A stretch of DNA of 64,000 nt from Planctomycetota bacterium (GTDB taxonomy: Bacteria; Planctomycetota; UBA1135; UBA2386), in the NCBI GenBank assembly GCA_965223545.1, contig OZ245006.1, positions 2,560,001 to 2,624,000 on the forward strand. The letters are read 5' to 3'. This document shows positions 47,059 through 57,370 of this stretch, piece after piece. The translations under genes and the position numbers were made by a program. Position 1 is the stretch's first letter. Each line of letters begins with the position of its first letter. The notes under the pieces were generated by a model, which had not been told where the DNA came from, ran no database searches, and saw nothing but the letters and a program-made list of their open reading frames with translations.

Positions 47059-48496
47059 GGCGCTTCAGGAATCTGTGTGGGTAGCTGAAGCTGGATAGAG
47101 GTCGAGGCCGCCGAGATGGAAGAGGATGGCGTTGCGAAAGCGGTCGCGGTTGCGGAAGCCGCAGGCCATCTTCTTGACACGCTGAATCTTGGCATTGATC
47201 GACTCGCTGAGGGCGTTGGACACGCCCTGGGTCACGGCGTTGACGATGCCCCAGAGATGATCGCGGATCATCCGGGCCGCTTGCTTCATCGGTTCGATGC
47301 GACTGCGCATGGCCCAGCCGATCCACTTCTTCCAGGCTCTGCGTGCGTTGCCGGGCCTGAGGTATGTCCAGAGCTTGGTGGCGGCCTCCTTGATGGCCCA
47401 AGCCTTGGCGGTCTTCAGGCCAGCCTGGCGCAGGATGTCGACGATCTCCTCCTGATGGTCGTCGAGCGAGTCGCCGCGTCGCAGCAGGAGGTGCTTGGTT
47501 CGCGTGAGGGTCATGTCGCCCATTGCCGACAGAGCCTTGTGCTCGTCGCACCGGACCTTGTTCAAGGCATCGCCGAGAGCCTTGGAGACATGGAAACGAT
47601 CGAAGGCGATCTTGCGATCGGCGTCGGGGACGTGATCCCTGGTCGACGCGATGTAGGACTTGCTCATGTCCATCGCGACGATCTCGAGGCCGGCCAGCCG
47701 CTCTGCGCCTTCCGCCTTGTAGAAGCCGTCCAGGGACGACTTTCGGCGGTGGTCCGCGACATAGATGACATCGGAGGTCGTGAGATCCGTGACGACCGTG
47801 ACGTACTCGTGCCGCTTCTGGAACGAGGTCTCGTCGACGGCAATGGCGATGAGGTCGCGCTTCTCGCGCCGTGCGAGGCCACGGTCGACCGCCCGTTTCA
47901 TCACGCCATCGACTTCGTCCCAGGTCAGATCGAGCCGTCGAGCGACCGCCGAGATCGTGGCCTCCTTCAGCCAGTCGATGATCAGAGCCTCGTAGAGCGC
48001 CGTGAAGGGAGAGCCAGGAGCTGCCCACGGAACGTCGATCTGTCGGACGCCGTGTTCCGCGCATTCCACCCGCGGCACCTCCGCTTCGAGGATGGTTTGG
48101 TACTGACAGGTGTCGAGGTGGCGCCAGCGGCGATGCCGCGTGTCATACCCCGGGCAGTCCTTGCCGCATTCCGGGCAGATCAGCACAGACCGATTGCCTG
48201 CCTCGACCTTCACCGCGACCAGCTCGAGCTTCGGGTCCAAGTCGACGTCGGTCACCTTCCACGGTGCCTTCAGCCCAAGAATCGTGGCGTAGAGATCACG
48301 GTCGCGCATCCGTGCAATCTACCGGCACACGCCACCAGCATCGCTCCTCGCTCACCCGCAGCTCCGTCACCCTCGGCGTCGGTCGCACCCTCCAAGGCCG
48401 GCGCCGAGGGTGGCGGAGCGAAGGGTGAGCGCCCGTCAGCTCTTGATCCTGAGGAAGAGGGAGTCACCGTCTACCCACACGAATTCCTGAAGACCT
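47059..48496 (-). mobile_element. ISL3-family insertion sequence
   Basis: Terminal IRs GGCGCTTCAGGAATCTGTGTGGGTAG and AGGTCTTCAGGAATTCGTGTGGGTAG; no target duplication seen. Confidence 0.92.
47065..48309 (-). CDS. ISL3 transposase
   Basis: CPECG zinc finger, WRHLD, AVDET, AMDM, DRFHV, SNALSESIN, GFRN. Confidence 0.96.
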   Translation of the reverse strand: MRDRDLYATILGLKAPWKVTDVDLDPKLELVAVKVEAGNRSVLICPECGKDCPGYDTRHRRWRHLDTCQYQTILEAEVPRVECAEHGVRQIDVPWAAPGSPFTALYEALIIDWLKEATISAVARRLDLTWDEVDGVMKRAVDRGLARREKRDLIAIAVDETSFQKRHEYVTVVTDLTTSDVIYVADHRRKSSLDGFYKAEGAERLAGLEIVAMDMSKSYIASTRDHVPDADRKIAFDRFHVSKALGDALNKVRCDEHKALSAMGDMTLTRTKHLLLRRGDSLDDHQEEIVDILRQAGLKTAKAWAIKEAATKLWTYLRPGNARRAWKKWIGWAMRSRIEPMKQAARMIRDHLWGIVNAVTQGVSNALSESINAKIQRVKKMACGFRNRDRFRNAILFHLGGLDLYPASATHTDS

Positions 48497-48501
48497 CCCT
48501 T

Positions 48502-49341
48502 TAGCGGGGTGGGGTGGCCCGATCCGAAGGAAAGTGGTCGCGGACAATGCCCGCAACTTCTTCGCGTCCGTCGCCTAGGGCTGTCCCAACGAGGATTTCC
48601 AGCTTGGTCAGGAGAGCGAAGGGCATGTCGCCTGCGCCTTCCTTTGGTGACAAGGAGCGAGGATCGTCCATGAGCTTCGTGTTGATCCAGACTCCGTCGA
48701 GCCAATCGACGAGCTCGGCGTCGAGGCCTTCGACCTCGCTGTCGGCGAGCAGGCCGGCACGGGCTGCGGCTGTCGTGTTCTCGAGAAAAGCACGCAGGAC
48801 CTGCGCACCGGAGTCAATGGACTGGACGATGACATCCAGGCCAAACGACTCGAACCACGCGCCTCAACCCACGGAGTCCAGACACGACTTCCGCCGTGGC
48901 CACTCATCGAGGAGCAACGCAACCTCGTTCTCCGCGAGATCGACGTCGAGCAAGCGCAGGCCGTCCAAGCTACGACGCCGCACCCACACATCCTCGCCTT
49001 CGTCGAGGGCGAGCGCGCGCAACGCCGGCACGAGTTCGCGTCGCGTCCAAGCATCGTCGCGAAACTCGCCGAGCGGAGCGTCGTCCGTCGCCCCGGTGCC
49101 AAGCGTCACGAGAAGGTCGGCGACTTTCGCACGGAGGTACCTCTCCGGCGAAACGACCACGGAGGACTCCGCACGGGGCGGCTCGGTGGAGCGAAGAAAG
49201 TGGATAAAGCGTTCACACAGCGCCGGCCGCGACGACAAGCGCAACGGAAGCAAGTTGTTCAAGGCGACGGCGTGCTGCGTGGGCGACGCCGATTTGTTTG
49301 GTCTGCTGAAGGCGTCCGAGGCTCTCCTCGAACACCCTCAT
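48502..49341 (-). pseudogene. Degenerate helical/HEAT-like gene (5' part)
   Basis: ATG overlaps the upstream stop; frameshift near 49300, in-frame TGA at 48864; protein-like sequence continues to the IS end. Confidence 0.55.
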
Positions 49342-49895
49342 GGTTGCCCCCGAGACTCCCCGCTGTCAAGACTCCCAAGCCAATCGCTGGCAAGCGCACG
49401 CACGTGTCGGTCGAGGCGCTCGATGGCTTCATCGCCATACGAGCCATCGAAAGAGACTTCGCTCGGTCGTTCGAGCAAGTCGTCGTAGGCCCAGTAGGCG
49501 CCGTATAGCTCATGCAAGCCGAGCGAATCGCATGCGTAATCCTTCGACGTAATGACTCCCCGCGATCGTCCGGGATCAACCACTTCGTCGATCATCAGCT
49601 GCAACCCCTCTCTTGGCGGTAGCTCGCCCCGAGCCAGTCGCCCCACACAATCCCGAAGCAACACCATCACCGCCTCCTCGTCCCCAAGGGGCCGACAGTC
49701 CAGGCTCTCGAGGGCACGTCGGAGGAGAGGCTCGACTTCAGACATCACGGGGTTGGACTCCGTCGCGAGCACACCGAGCTCCGGCGCGTCGTGACCTTCC
49801 TCCAAGAGCCTCACTGCCAAGGCAGGAAACTCGTGGCTTCGCAGGACACCCAACAGGAGTCGCGCCCTGAGCACTCGAACGTCGGTCGCCGACAT
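49338..49895 (-). CDS. Hypothetical acidic helical protein
   Basis: GGAG-like RBS before MSATDV; ALAVRLLEEGHDAPELGVLA. Confidence 0.65.
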   Translation of the reverse strand: MSATDVRVLRARLLLGVLRSHEFPALAVRLLEEGHDAPELGVLATESNPVMSEVEPLLRRALESLDCRPLGDEEAVMVLLRDCVGRLARGELPPREGLQLMIDEVVDPGRSRGVITSKDYACDSLGLHELYGAYWAYDDLLERPSEVSFDGSYGDEAIERLDRHVRALASDWLGSLDSGESRGQP

Positions 49896-49974
49896 CTCGC
49901 CTCGAAGATAGCGCCAACACGCGCCCCCCTCACGCAGATGCGGCGCTCCTCGGTGCGATCCACACCAACGTATC

Positions 49975-51258
49975 TCAGCGCATCGCCCGGTTGCGCTCGT
50001 CAGGTGACACCCAATACCGCTCGGCGGGTGGCACACTGGCGGGATCGCGGAGCGACCATCCCAACCGGGCGGCGGTGTGCTCGTTCGGAGTGAAGTCCGG
50101 ATTGAGCGTGCCGTTGTCGACCAGAATCTGACGCACGGCCGGTGGGTACTGCTGGCCGAACGGCACGCCACGAACCGTTGGCCGAAAGGCCCGGTTGTCG
50201 GTCCGCAGCGGAACGTCGGCGAACCCACGGCGCACGCCGTTGACGAAGTAGTCGAAGGTGCAGTCGTCGTCACCGACCACGACAATCCGCTCGCGACTCT
50301 TCTCCCAGATGCCGATCCGCGCCAGGCTTCGGATCGGCGTCACCTGCACGGTGATGCCGGTGTCTTCCGACACCAACTGCCAATCCTCGGGGATCGGGAT
50401 CTCGGCGCGACCGCCGCGCAACTGCATCGTGCCCCGAAAATACGTCCCCGACTCGTTGCCCTCCAGGCAGACGAAACGGATGTTGGTGGCCGCATCGGCC
50501 GGGTGTGGCTGAACGAACGACTTGATGCCGGTCGCGCCGAGCCCGCCCTCGGCGAACACGCCATAGCCACTCCCGTTGTGGGTACCAACAACGCCGGCGA
50601 CGGACCCGGTCCAGCCAAACCCCTGCACACCGGCTTGGGCACCGACGCCGACCGCACCGCGCCCCGCCTTGCCCGGGCCATGGCCCCATACGCCAACACC
50701 ACTGGTGCCCTTGGCAAAGCCATGCACGCCTTGGCCACCCATGGCGGTGGAGATGCCCATCACCGCTGGCGCGGGTGAACTGGCGATTCCCTTGACGCCG
50801 ACACCCCCCGACGTGCCCGATGCCTCGCCCTGAACACCGACCCCGAGAATGGTCGTACCCAACACCCCGATGGCACCCGGCTCGTCGCTCCGATTATCGC
50901 CTCTGACTCCGATCGCCGCTGCCGACCCAGCACTCCCGCGAACACCACAACCGGTGGAGTCGGCTGCCGTGGTCATGCCGAGCACGCCGCTTGCGGAGCT
51001 CCCGTCACCCCGCCCAAAGACCGCGTAGGCAGGGCTCTTCGCCCCGTACGCGTTGGCGTAAACCGTGTACTTCTCGACGAAGCTCCTGACGTGCAGCATC
51101 GAGCCCACGTAAGGCGCCGGCGTGCCAATCCCGACATGGCCGGCGTCGAAGTAGATGTCGTTGCCGCTCGGCAACCACTGCGCAACGGTGTCGGCACTGA
51201 TCGACACGGTGCAGAGTGGAACGAGAACGAGGGTTCGGGAGATCGATGTCCAGAGCAT
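49975..51258 (-). CDS. Secreted Gly-rich GVxG-repeat protein with tail-fibre-like C-terminal domain
   Basis: AGGAGG RBS, signal peptide, GHVGIGT, repeated GV.G units, KSFVQPHP...CLEGNESGTYFRG. Confidence 0.8.
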   Translation of the reverse strand: MLWTSISRTLVLVPLCTVSISADTVAQWLPSGNDIYFDAGHVGIGTPAPYVGSMLHVRSFVEKYTVYANAYGAKSPAYAVFGRGDGSSASGVLGMTTAADSTGCGVRGSAGSAAAIGVRGDNRSDEPGAIGVLGTTILGVGVQGEASGTSGGVGVKGIASSPAPAVMGISTAMGGQGVHGFAKGTSGVGVWGHGPGKAGRGAVGVGAQAGVQGFGWTGSVAGVVGTHNGSGYGVFAEGGLGATGIKSFVQPHPADAATNIRFVCLEGNESGTYFRGTMQLRGGRAEIPIPEDWQLVSEDTGITVQVTPIRSLARIGIWEKSRERIVVVGDDDCTFDYFVNGVRRGFADVPLRTDNRAFRPTVRGVPFGQQYPPAVRQILVDNGTLNPDFTPNEHTAARLGWSLRDPASVPPAERYWVSPDERNRAMR

Positions 51259-51433
51259 GTGGTCCTCCTGTTTGGCTCACGCCAGTGTGAAACCCAGCAT
51301 CTCGACGGCGTTACTGGCCAGGTGAACAAATGCACGCGCTTGTCAGCCGTTGCTGTCGCCTTCGCTCCGGGCGTTCCTCCCCGATCCCCCACCCCACGCC
51401 CCCACCGCTCGCCTCGCCCACGCCCACCCGGGT

Positions 51434-52783
51434 ATGCTTGGCCTCCTTCGGCGCGCTCCGCGATCCGGTCACGGTCAGGCCACACGACGCGGAGTGCTCC
51501 ACTGCGGTTCGCGCCACGCGCGGGAGGACAACACGAACACGGCAACGCGCCAGGACTCGGGCGCCGATGCGGGCCCGTGGGCAGCTTTCGATGACGCTGC
51601 GTGGCGGCAGCGCATGCGGCGGGCCGACGTCGCCGACGAGCTGTTCTTGCCGCTCGACAACAGCCGCTGGAACCGGTCGCGGTTGCGGCTGGTGCCCGGG
51701 GAGCGCGGTGCGGCGCGGACGCGGATCACCGGCGTGCGGTTCTTGGCCGCCGACCCGGCGCGCGAGGATCTCGAGCCCGAGCGCGCGGTGCAGAACGACT
51801 TTCATCGGCTGCTGAGCTCGCTGATCAAGCTGCGCGACGAGCCTTCGGGGCACGGGCTGGCGCTGTCAGGAGAGACCTTCCGCACGTCACCGCGCGGGGA
51901 CGTGCGGCGGTTGCGCTTCGGGCTGCGGCGGCCGCGGCCGGATGCAGCGAAGAACGACGAGCGCCGCGACGCGCGGCGTTGCTATCGGGCCGCGCGGCGG
52001 GCGATCCGGCGCGCCGGCTTCGTCGTCGAGCACCCCAGCACGGGGTTCGACAGCCGTACCGGGCTCGCCGGCTTGCGGGAGTGGACGGACCAGCTGCGGC
52101 TGCGGCGACGGCGGGTGTGGTGGCCCTGGCTTCTGCTGTTGCCGTTGTTGGCGTTGATTCCCAAGTGCGAGCCCGACGCGGCGTTCTTCGGCGCGCCGAT
52201 CGACACCGGTGGCGTGCTGCTGCTGGTCGACCGCAGCGGCAGCATGGAGCAGCACTTCTCCTCGCTGCGCGCCGAGGCCGGCCGCGTCCTCGACGAGCTG
52301 ATCGAGGGCGGGGGCAGCCACTTCAACGTCATCGCCTACGACTCCGGCGCGGAGAGCTGCTTGGGCAGCATGTTGCCGCTCGACGAGAGCACGGCGGAAC
52401 GGCTGCGGGCGTTCCTCGAGGGCCTGCGCTCGGGCGGCGGCACCAACCTCGCCTCGGGGATGGAGGTCGCCGCCCGCGAGGTCGCGCAATTCGGCAAGCC
52501 GACCACCCTGATCGTCCTCACCGACGCGCAGGACGGCAGCATCGACCAGATGCTGGCCGACGGCACGGCCACGCGCGGCGCGTTCGCCGGCATCGAGACG
52601 CGCACCTACGGCCTCACCCCGCGGCTCTACGCACCGGCCAACGCCGTCACCGACGCCAACGCACCAGCACCATCGCCCGCGCCTGCCGCGGCGTCGCAGC
52701 CACAGAGCCAAGAGGAAGAACGGCTCGGCCGGCTCGCCGAGCTGCTCGGCGGCCACTTCGGCGCGCGCGCCCCAACGCAATAG
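51434..52783 (+). CDS. Membrane vWA-domain protein
   Basis: TM helix WWPWLLLLPLLALIP; MIDAS DRSGS...GGTN...LTDA. Confidence 0.85.
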   Translation: MLGLLRRAPRSGHGQATRRGVLHCGSRHAREDNTNTATRQDSGADAGPWAAFDDAAWRQRMRRADVADELFLPLDNSRWNRSRLRLVPGERGAARTRITGVRFLAADPAREDLEPERAVQNDFHRLLSSLIKLRDEPSGHGLALSGETFRTSPRGDVRRLRFGLRRPRPDAAKNDERRDARRCYRAARRAIRRAGFVVEHPSTGFDSRTGLAGLREWTDQLRLRRRRVWWPWLLLLPLLALIPKCEPDAAFFGAPIDTGGVLLLVDRSGSMEQHFSSLRAEAGRVLDELIEGGGSHFNVIAYDSGAESCLGSMLPLDESTAERLRAFLEGLRSGGGTNLASGMEVAAREVAQFGKPTTLIVLTDAQDGSIDQMLADGTATRGAFAGIETRTYGLTPRLYAPANAVTDANAPAPSPAPAAASQPQSQEEERLGRLAELLGGHFGARAPTQ

Positions 52784-52823
52784 CCCAGCACCAGCAACCA
52801 GCCCCGCACCGAACGCCCAGATC

Positions 52824-54905
52824 ATGATCCCCGAAGCGACCATCGAAGCGATCAACGCGGTGCGCACCGCGTTCCTCGACGCCGTGCAGACCGCGCGGGA
52901 GACGCCCAGCTTCCGCACGCTCTGCAACACCTCGGCCGAGCTCGCCGCCGAGCTCGACCGCATCGCCGCGATCGGCGAGCACCGGCACGTGCGCGGCACC
53001 TGCACCGGCGCGATGACGTGCGCGGTGATCGGCTCGAGCGGGCACGGCAAGACCACGATCCTCGACGAGATGTTCCCCGGGCTCGGCGCCCGCGGCTGGC
53101 TCGAGACCGACGTCACCGACACCACGTCGCAGGCGCTGCGGCTGCGCTACGCGCCGCCCGGCGACCCGCGCGCGGACGAGGTGCTGGTCAACTCCTGGTC
53201 CATCCGCCAGATCAAGCACCTGCTCGACCACGACGACGTGCGCCAGCAGAACGAGAACGACAACATCGAGGTCAGCTTCCTCGAGGATTCGGTGATCGTC
53301 GACGGCACCGGCACGACGCTGGATGCGCGCGACCTCGCCGACTGGCGCTATCCGCGCCGCGTCGAGCTGCACCCGTTTGCCGCGCCGTACGAGGCCGGCG
53401 CCAGCGAGAGCCGGGACCGCAAGTTCATCCGCTCGCTGACCGTCAAGGAGCAGTCCGCGGTGCTCGACCCCGGCCCCGTCCTGACGCACGGCGGGCGCAG
53501 CTACAACGCGCTGCAGCTGCGCGCCCTGGTCGAGTCCGTCGACCTGCGCGACGACTTCTCCCAGCTGCGCCAGTGGGCCGGCGAAGGCGCGGCGCGCAGC
53601 GCGGTGGAGACGCTCACCTTCGTCGACACGCCGGGATTGGCCGTCAGCAGCGTGGTGAAGGACGAGGTGCTGCGCCACTTCCTCGGCAAGAAGAGCAACC
53701 AGATCGCGCTCGAGCTGCTGCGCAACGACGAGCTCGACATCGTGGTGCATCTCGTGCTGTGCGGGCAGAAGTCGCAGTTCGACGCCCTGTGGACCGAGAT
53801 CGAGCGCGAGTGCGGCCGGGCCGAGATGGAGGGCATCGCCGAGCGCCTGATCCTGGCGATCAACGGCATGAACATCTACTTCACCAACCCCGACATCCGC
53901 GCCAAGTACACCGATCCGGCGACCACCGCCCGCGAGGGCGACCACTTCGCCGCCACGCTGGAGGACAACATCCTGCAGCGCATGAGCCCGCGCGGGCACC
54001 TGCGGCCGGCGCGCATCGTGTTCCTCGACTCGGCCAACATCGTCAACGCGTTCGGCGACTACAAGGAGTTCTACGCCCGCCACCGGCCGACGATGGAGGC
54101 GTGGGCCGAGCCCGGCGGCGCCGGCCACGACACGCTGGCGCGGCTGGGCTGCGCCGAGGCGTTCCGCGAGAACATCGACGCCCTGGCCGACCCCGAGGAC
54201 CGCGGCCAGGGCCACCTGGTGCGCACCTTGCTCGCGCTGATCGGCGAGCGCGGCACCGGCATCCTGGCGCGCAAGCACTTGGCGCGCACCGGCCTGCTCG
54301 AGGGCATCGATGCCCTGCACGAGCTGCTCGGCCGCTACTACGACGCGCGCGGCCAGCTCAACACCGCCGCCGCGGACGAGGCGCTGGCGCAGTGCCTCGG
54401 CTTCCTCGACCGGCGCGACCTCACTTGCATCGAGCAGTTCGCGCGCGCCGAGATCGATCCCTACATCGACGGGCTGGTGTGCCAGGAGGACGAGGACGCC
54501 GGTGACGACTGGGTGCGCCAGGCGTTCGAGCGCACCTGCGAGCTGGTCAAGGAGGCGATCATCGACGCCAACCAGAGCAAGCTGCCGGCCGCGATTTGGA
54601 CCGAGTTCGGCCGCCTGTTCGACGAGCGGGCGAATGCGTGGTGTGCTCGCTGGGGCTACGCCGAGAGCGAGCTGCCGCCGCCGGACAGCGGCGCCGGCAC
54701 GCGCGACTTGGTCGCCCACAGCCTGAGCCTGCACGCCCGCGAGATTCTCTACCAACTGCTGACCAGCGAGACGGGGGGCGATGCCACCCGCAGCTTCGCT
54801 CAAACCGAAGCGGACCGGGCGGCGATCGAGACCACGCTGCGCGCGCTCGAGCAGGCGCGCACCGACGGCCAGACGCTCTGCACCAAGCACGGGGTCCAAG
54901 CATGA
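52824..54905 (+). CDS. Dynamin-like / SrfC-like P-loop GTPase
   Basis: G1 GSSGHGKTT, G2 DTTS, G3 FVDTPG, long helical C-terminus. Confidence 0.75.
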   Translation: MIPEATIEAINAVRTAFLDAVQTARETPSFRTLCNTSAELAAELDRIAAIGEHRHVRGTCTGAMTCAVIGSSGHGKTTILDEMFPGLGARGWLETDVTDTTSQALRLRYAPPGDPRADEVLVNSWSIRQIKHLLDHDDVRQQNENDNIEVSFLEDSVIVDGTGTTLDARDLADWRYPRRVELHPFAAPYEAGASESRDRKFIRSLTVKEQSAVLDPGPVLTHGGRSYNALQLRALVESVDLRDDFSQLRQWAGEGAARSAVETLTFVDTPGLAVSSVVKDEVLRHFLGKKSNQIALELLRNDELDIVVHLVLCGQKSQFDALWTEIERECGRAEMEGIAERLILAINGMNIYFTNPDIRAKYTDPATTAREGDHFAATLEDNILQRMSPRGHLRPARIVFLDSANIVNAFGDYKEFYARHRPTMEAWAEPGGAGHDTLARLGCAEAFRENIDALADPEDRGQGHLVRTLLALIGERGTGILARKHLARTGLLEGIDALHELLGRYYDARGQLNTAAADEALAQCLGFLDRRDLTCIEQFARAEIDPYIDGLVCQEDEDAGDDWVRQAFERTCELVKEAIIDANQSKLPAAIWTEFGRLFDERANAWCARWGYAESELPPPDSGAGTRDLVAHSLSLHAREILYQLLTSETGGDATRSFAQTEADRAAIETTLRALEQARTDGQTLCTKHGVQA

Positions 54906-57316
54906 AGCCCGCACCACCACAGTCTTCCACCGCCGCCAACCGCCCCAGCAGCTACCACTGGATCGTCCTGCCCAACACCGGGGTGCAAATCTGCCGCGGC
55001 TTCCCGATCGCGGGCTCGCTCGAGCAAGAAGCGGAGCGGCTCTTCGAGTCGGCGACCAAGCTGGCGAACAAGCAGACCGAGAGCGAGGCGTTGCGACTGA
55101 TCGAGGAGCACATCGCCTGCAACCAGGACCTCGACGCGACCCCGTGGGTCCAGTGCGACCCCAACGAGTTCGTGTTCTACCGGCTGCGGCGCGCCGGCGG
55201 CGAGCTGCAGCTCGACCTGGTGATGGACACCTGCAACGGCGCCGGCGCGCAGGCCGGCAACCGTGTGCCGCTGCGCGTCGACGGCCGCGCGCTCTCGCTG
55301 CGGCGGCCGCAACCGTTGGCCGAGATCTACGTCGAGCACCACCAGAACGCCCGCAACGAGCTGGGCAGCTTGATCGTCGACTTCGGCAACACCGGCAGTG
55401 CTTTCGTGTTCTCGCGCGACGGGGCCGGCCCGCTGCAGGCGCGCATCGTCGAGGCCAACAACCCGTTCGACCCCGACTACCGCAGCCGCGGCGACGCCGA
55501 GCGCCACGTGCTGCGCTCCAACATGATCGTGCTCCGCGTCAGCCCCAACGAGCACGAGACGCCGTGGATCGTGCTCGGCCAACGCGCCGAAGAGCTCATC
55601 AGGAGCCACCCGCTGACCAGCTACCTGTACGCGCCGAAGAAATACGTGCGCGACTGGCCCGAGGCGCTGCGCGCGCCGGAGCCGACGATGAAGTTCCGCG
55701 GCATCTGCGGCCAGCGCGTCGGCCTGCACCCGATGCTGCACTTCGTGCGCACGACGCTGGACCAGATGTTCCAGCACGTGCTGGCCTCGCTCACCAACCC
55801 GCAGTTCACCTCGGACGCGCCCGACTTCTATCCGCAGATCGGGCGGGTGATGCTGACCTATCCGCTGACCTGGCGGCGGGTCGACCGGCAGCTGTTCCAG
55901 AAGCTCGTACACGACACCGCGACGCGGCTGCTGGCGCACGAGGGCGAGCGCGGCGAGCAGTTCGAAGTCGAGCTGATCTGCAGCGAGCCGGTGGCGGTCG
56001 CCGCCTACGTGCTGTGGGAGACGATCTTCCACTACGAGGCCCCCAACCTGCGGCTGGCGGCGGCTACCCTGGGCAACACAACCGGCGCGCCCAACCTGCG
56101 CATGCTGGTACTCGACATCGGCGGCGGCTCGACCGACATCGCCTGCGTCGACATCGGTTGGAACGTCAAGACCGAGGACGGCTCCGTCGACGTCACCTTC
56201 AAGATGATCGAGTCGATGCGCTTCAACCGCGCCGGCGACCGGCTGTCGCACATCATCGCCACCGCGATCGTGCGATTCTTGGCCGAGAAGTACGACCTGC
56301 AAGAGCCACTGGACTTCCTGGCCGAGTCGCGCGAGCCCGCGTTCACGCTGACGCAGAAGCGCCAGGCGGTGTCGCGGATCTCGCTACTGGCGGAAGAGTG
56401 CAAGCGCGCCGTCGCCGGCGCGGAGGGCGAGTGGCAGCTCGAGGCCGAGGCCGAGCAAGAGCTGGTGGCCTGCTTCGCCCCGCTCCTCGATGGCGAGGGC
56501 TGGCGCGACCGCGCGGCCCAGCGCCCGTTCTTGCGCATCACCGAGGACACCCTGCGGACTTGGTTGAGCCAAGACAGCCAGTCGCTGTCGCTGGAGACCA
56601 ACGGCGAGCCGGGCTTCCAGGACATCTTCGTCTACCTGGGCGAGCTGCGCCGCTCGCTGGCCGCCAAGGGGCGCGACCCGCACGTGGTGATCCTCAGCGG
56701 ACGCACCACGCGCCTCGGCCTACTGCGCACGCTCGCCGCCAAGAGCCTGCGCCTGCCGCTGCACCGCGTGCGCACCTTGGACGGAATCCTGCCGGATTCC
56801 CTGCGCCGCAACGGCCAGCTCAGTTTGGACAAGCTGGCGGTCGTGTTCGGCGCCCAGCGGTTCCGCTTCGGCGACCACATCCGTTTCATCGCGCTGCCGG
56901 AAGAGGCGATCTTCAACCGCTACATCGGCACCGTGCGCGAGAGCCGCACCGGCCTGCGCCTCAATCGCATCCTGATCGAGCCCGGCGACAGCACACCGCG
57001 CTCGATCCGCGTCACCGTCGAGCCGGCGCGCGACGTCCGCATTGGGCACGCCTTTCGCAACAACGGCAGCGCCCAAGTCATCGCCAACCTGTCCAACCGA
57101 TCGCACAGCGAGGCGTTCGAGGTCGAGCTCGAGGTGCTCGACGACTTCTCGGTGCGGATGGCACCGCACGACCACGTCCTGCTCAGCGAGTGGGTGCCCG
57201 GCGGCAACGACTTCGTGGTCGACAACTTCAACGACACCGGCCGCATCGACCGCGAGCCCGCGGGGCTGCTGAGCGGGGTCGTCGACGCCAACCGCGACGC
57301 CTGGCTGGTGGACTGA
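54902..57316 (+). CDS. Actin/Hsp70-fold ATPase, SrfB-like
   Basis: VDFGNTGS, LTYP, SEPVAVA, LDIGGGSTD, FNRAGD, ILSGRTTRL; ATGA overlap with the GTPase. Confidence 0.8.
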   Translation: MKPAPPQSSTAANRPSSYHWIVLPNTGVQICRGFPIAGSLEQEAERLFESATKLANKQTESEALRLIEEHIACNQDLDATPWVQCDPNEFVFYRLRRAGGELQLDLVMDTCNGAGAQAGNRVPLRVDGRALSLRRPQPLAEIYVEHHQNARNELGSLIVDFGNTGSAFVFSRDGAGPLQARIVEANNPFDPDYRSRGDAERHVLRSNMIVLRVSPNEHETPWIVLGQRAEELIRSHPLTSYLYAPKKYVRDWPEALRAPEPTMKFRGICGQRVGLHPMLHFVRTTLDQMFQHVLASLTNPQFTSDAPDFYPQIGRVMLTYPLTWRRVDRQLFQKLVHDTATRLLAHEGERGEQFEVELICSEPVAVAAYVLWETIFHYEAPNLRLAAATLGNTTGAPNLRMLVLDIGGGSTDIACVDIGWNVKTEDGSVDVTFKMIESMRFNRAGDRLSHIIATAIVRFLAEKYDLQEPLDFLAESREPAFTLTQKRQAVSRISLLAEECKRAVAGAEGEWQLEAEAEQELVACFAPLLDGEGWRDRAAQRPFLRITEDTLRTWLSQDSQSLSLETNGEPGFQDIFVYLGELRRSLAAKGRDPHVVILSGRTTRLGLLRTLAAKSLRLPLHRVRTLDGILPDSLRRNGQLSLDKLAVVFGAQRFRFGDHIRFIALPEEAIFNRYIGTVRESRTGLRLNRILIEPGDSTPRSIRVTVEPARDVRIGHAFRNNGSAQVIANLSNRSHSEAFEVELEVLDDFSVRMAPHDHVLLSEWVPGGNDFVVDNFNDTGRIDREPAGLLSGVVDANRDAWLVD

Positions 57317-57370
57317 CGCTCTTCGAATCCAGGCGGCCGAGGGCACGCGCGGCTACGATGCGCAGCCACG

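Noticed and set aside
48864..48866. Second selenocysteine candidate at an in-frame TGA
   Set aside because: No redox motif, no convincing hairpin, and the gene also has a frameshift; better explained as a pseudogene.
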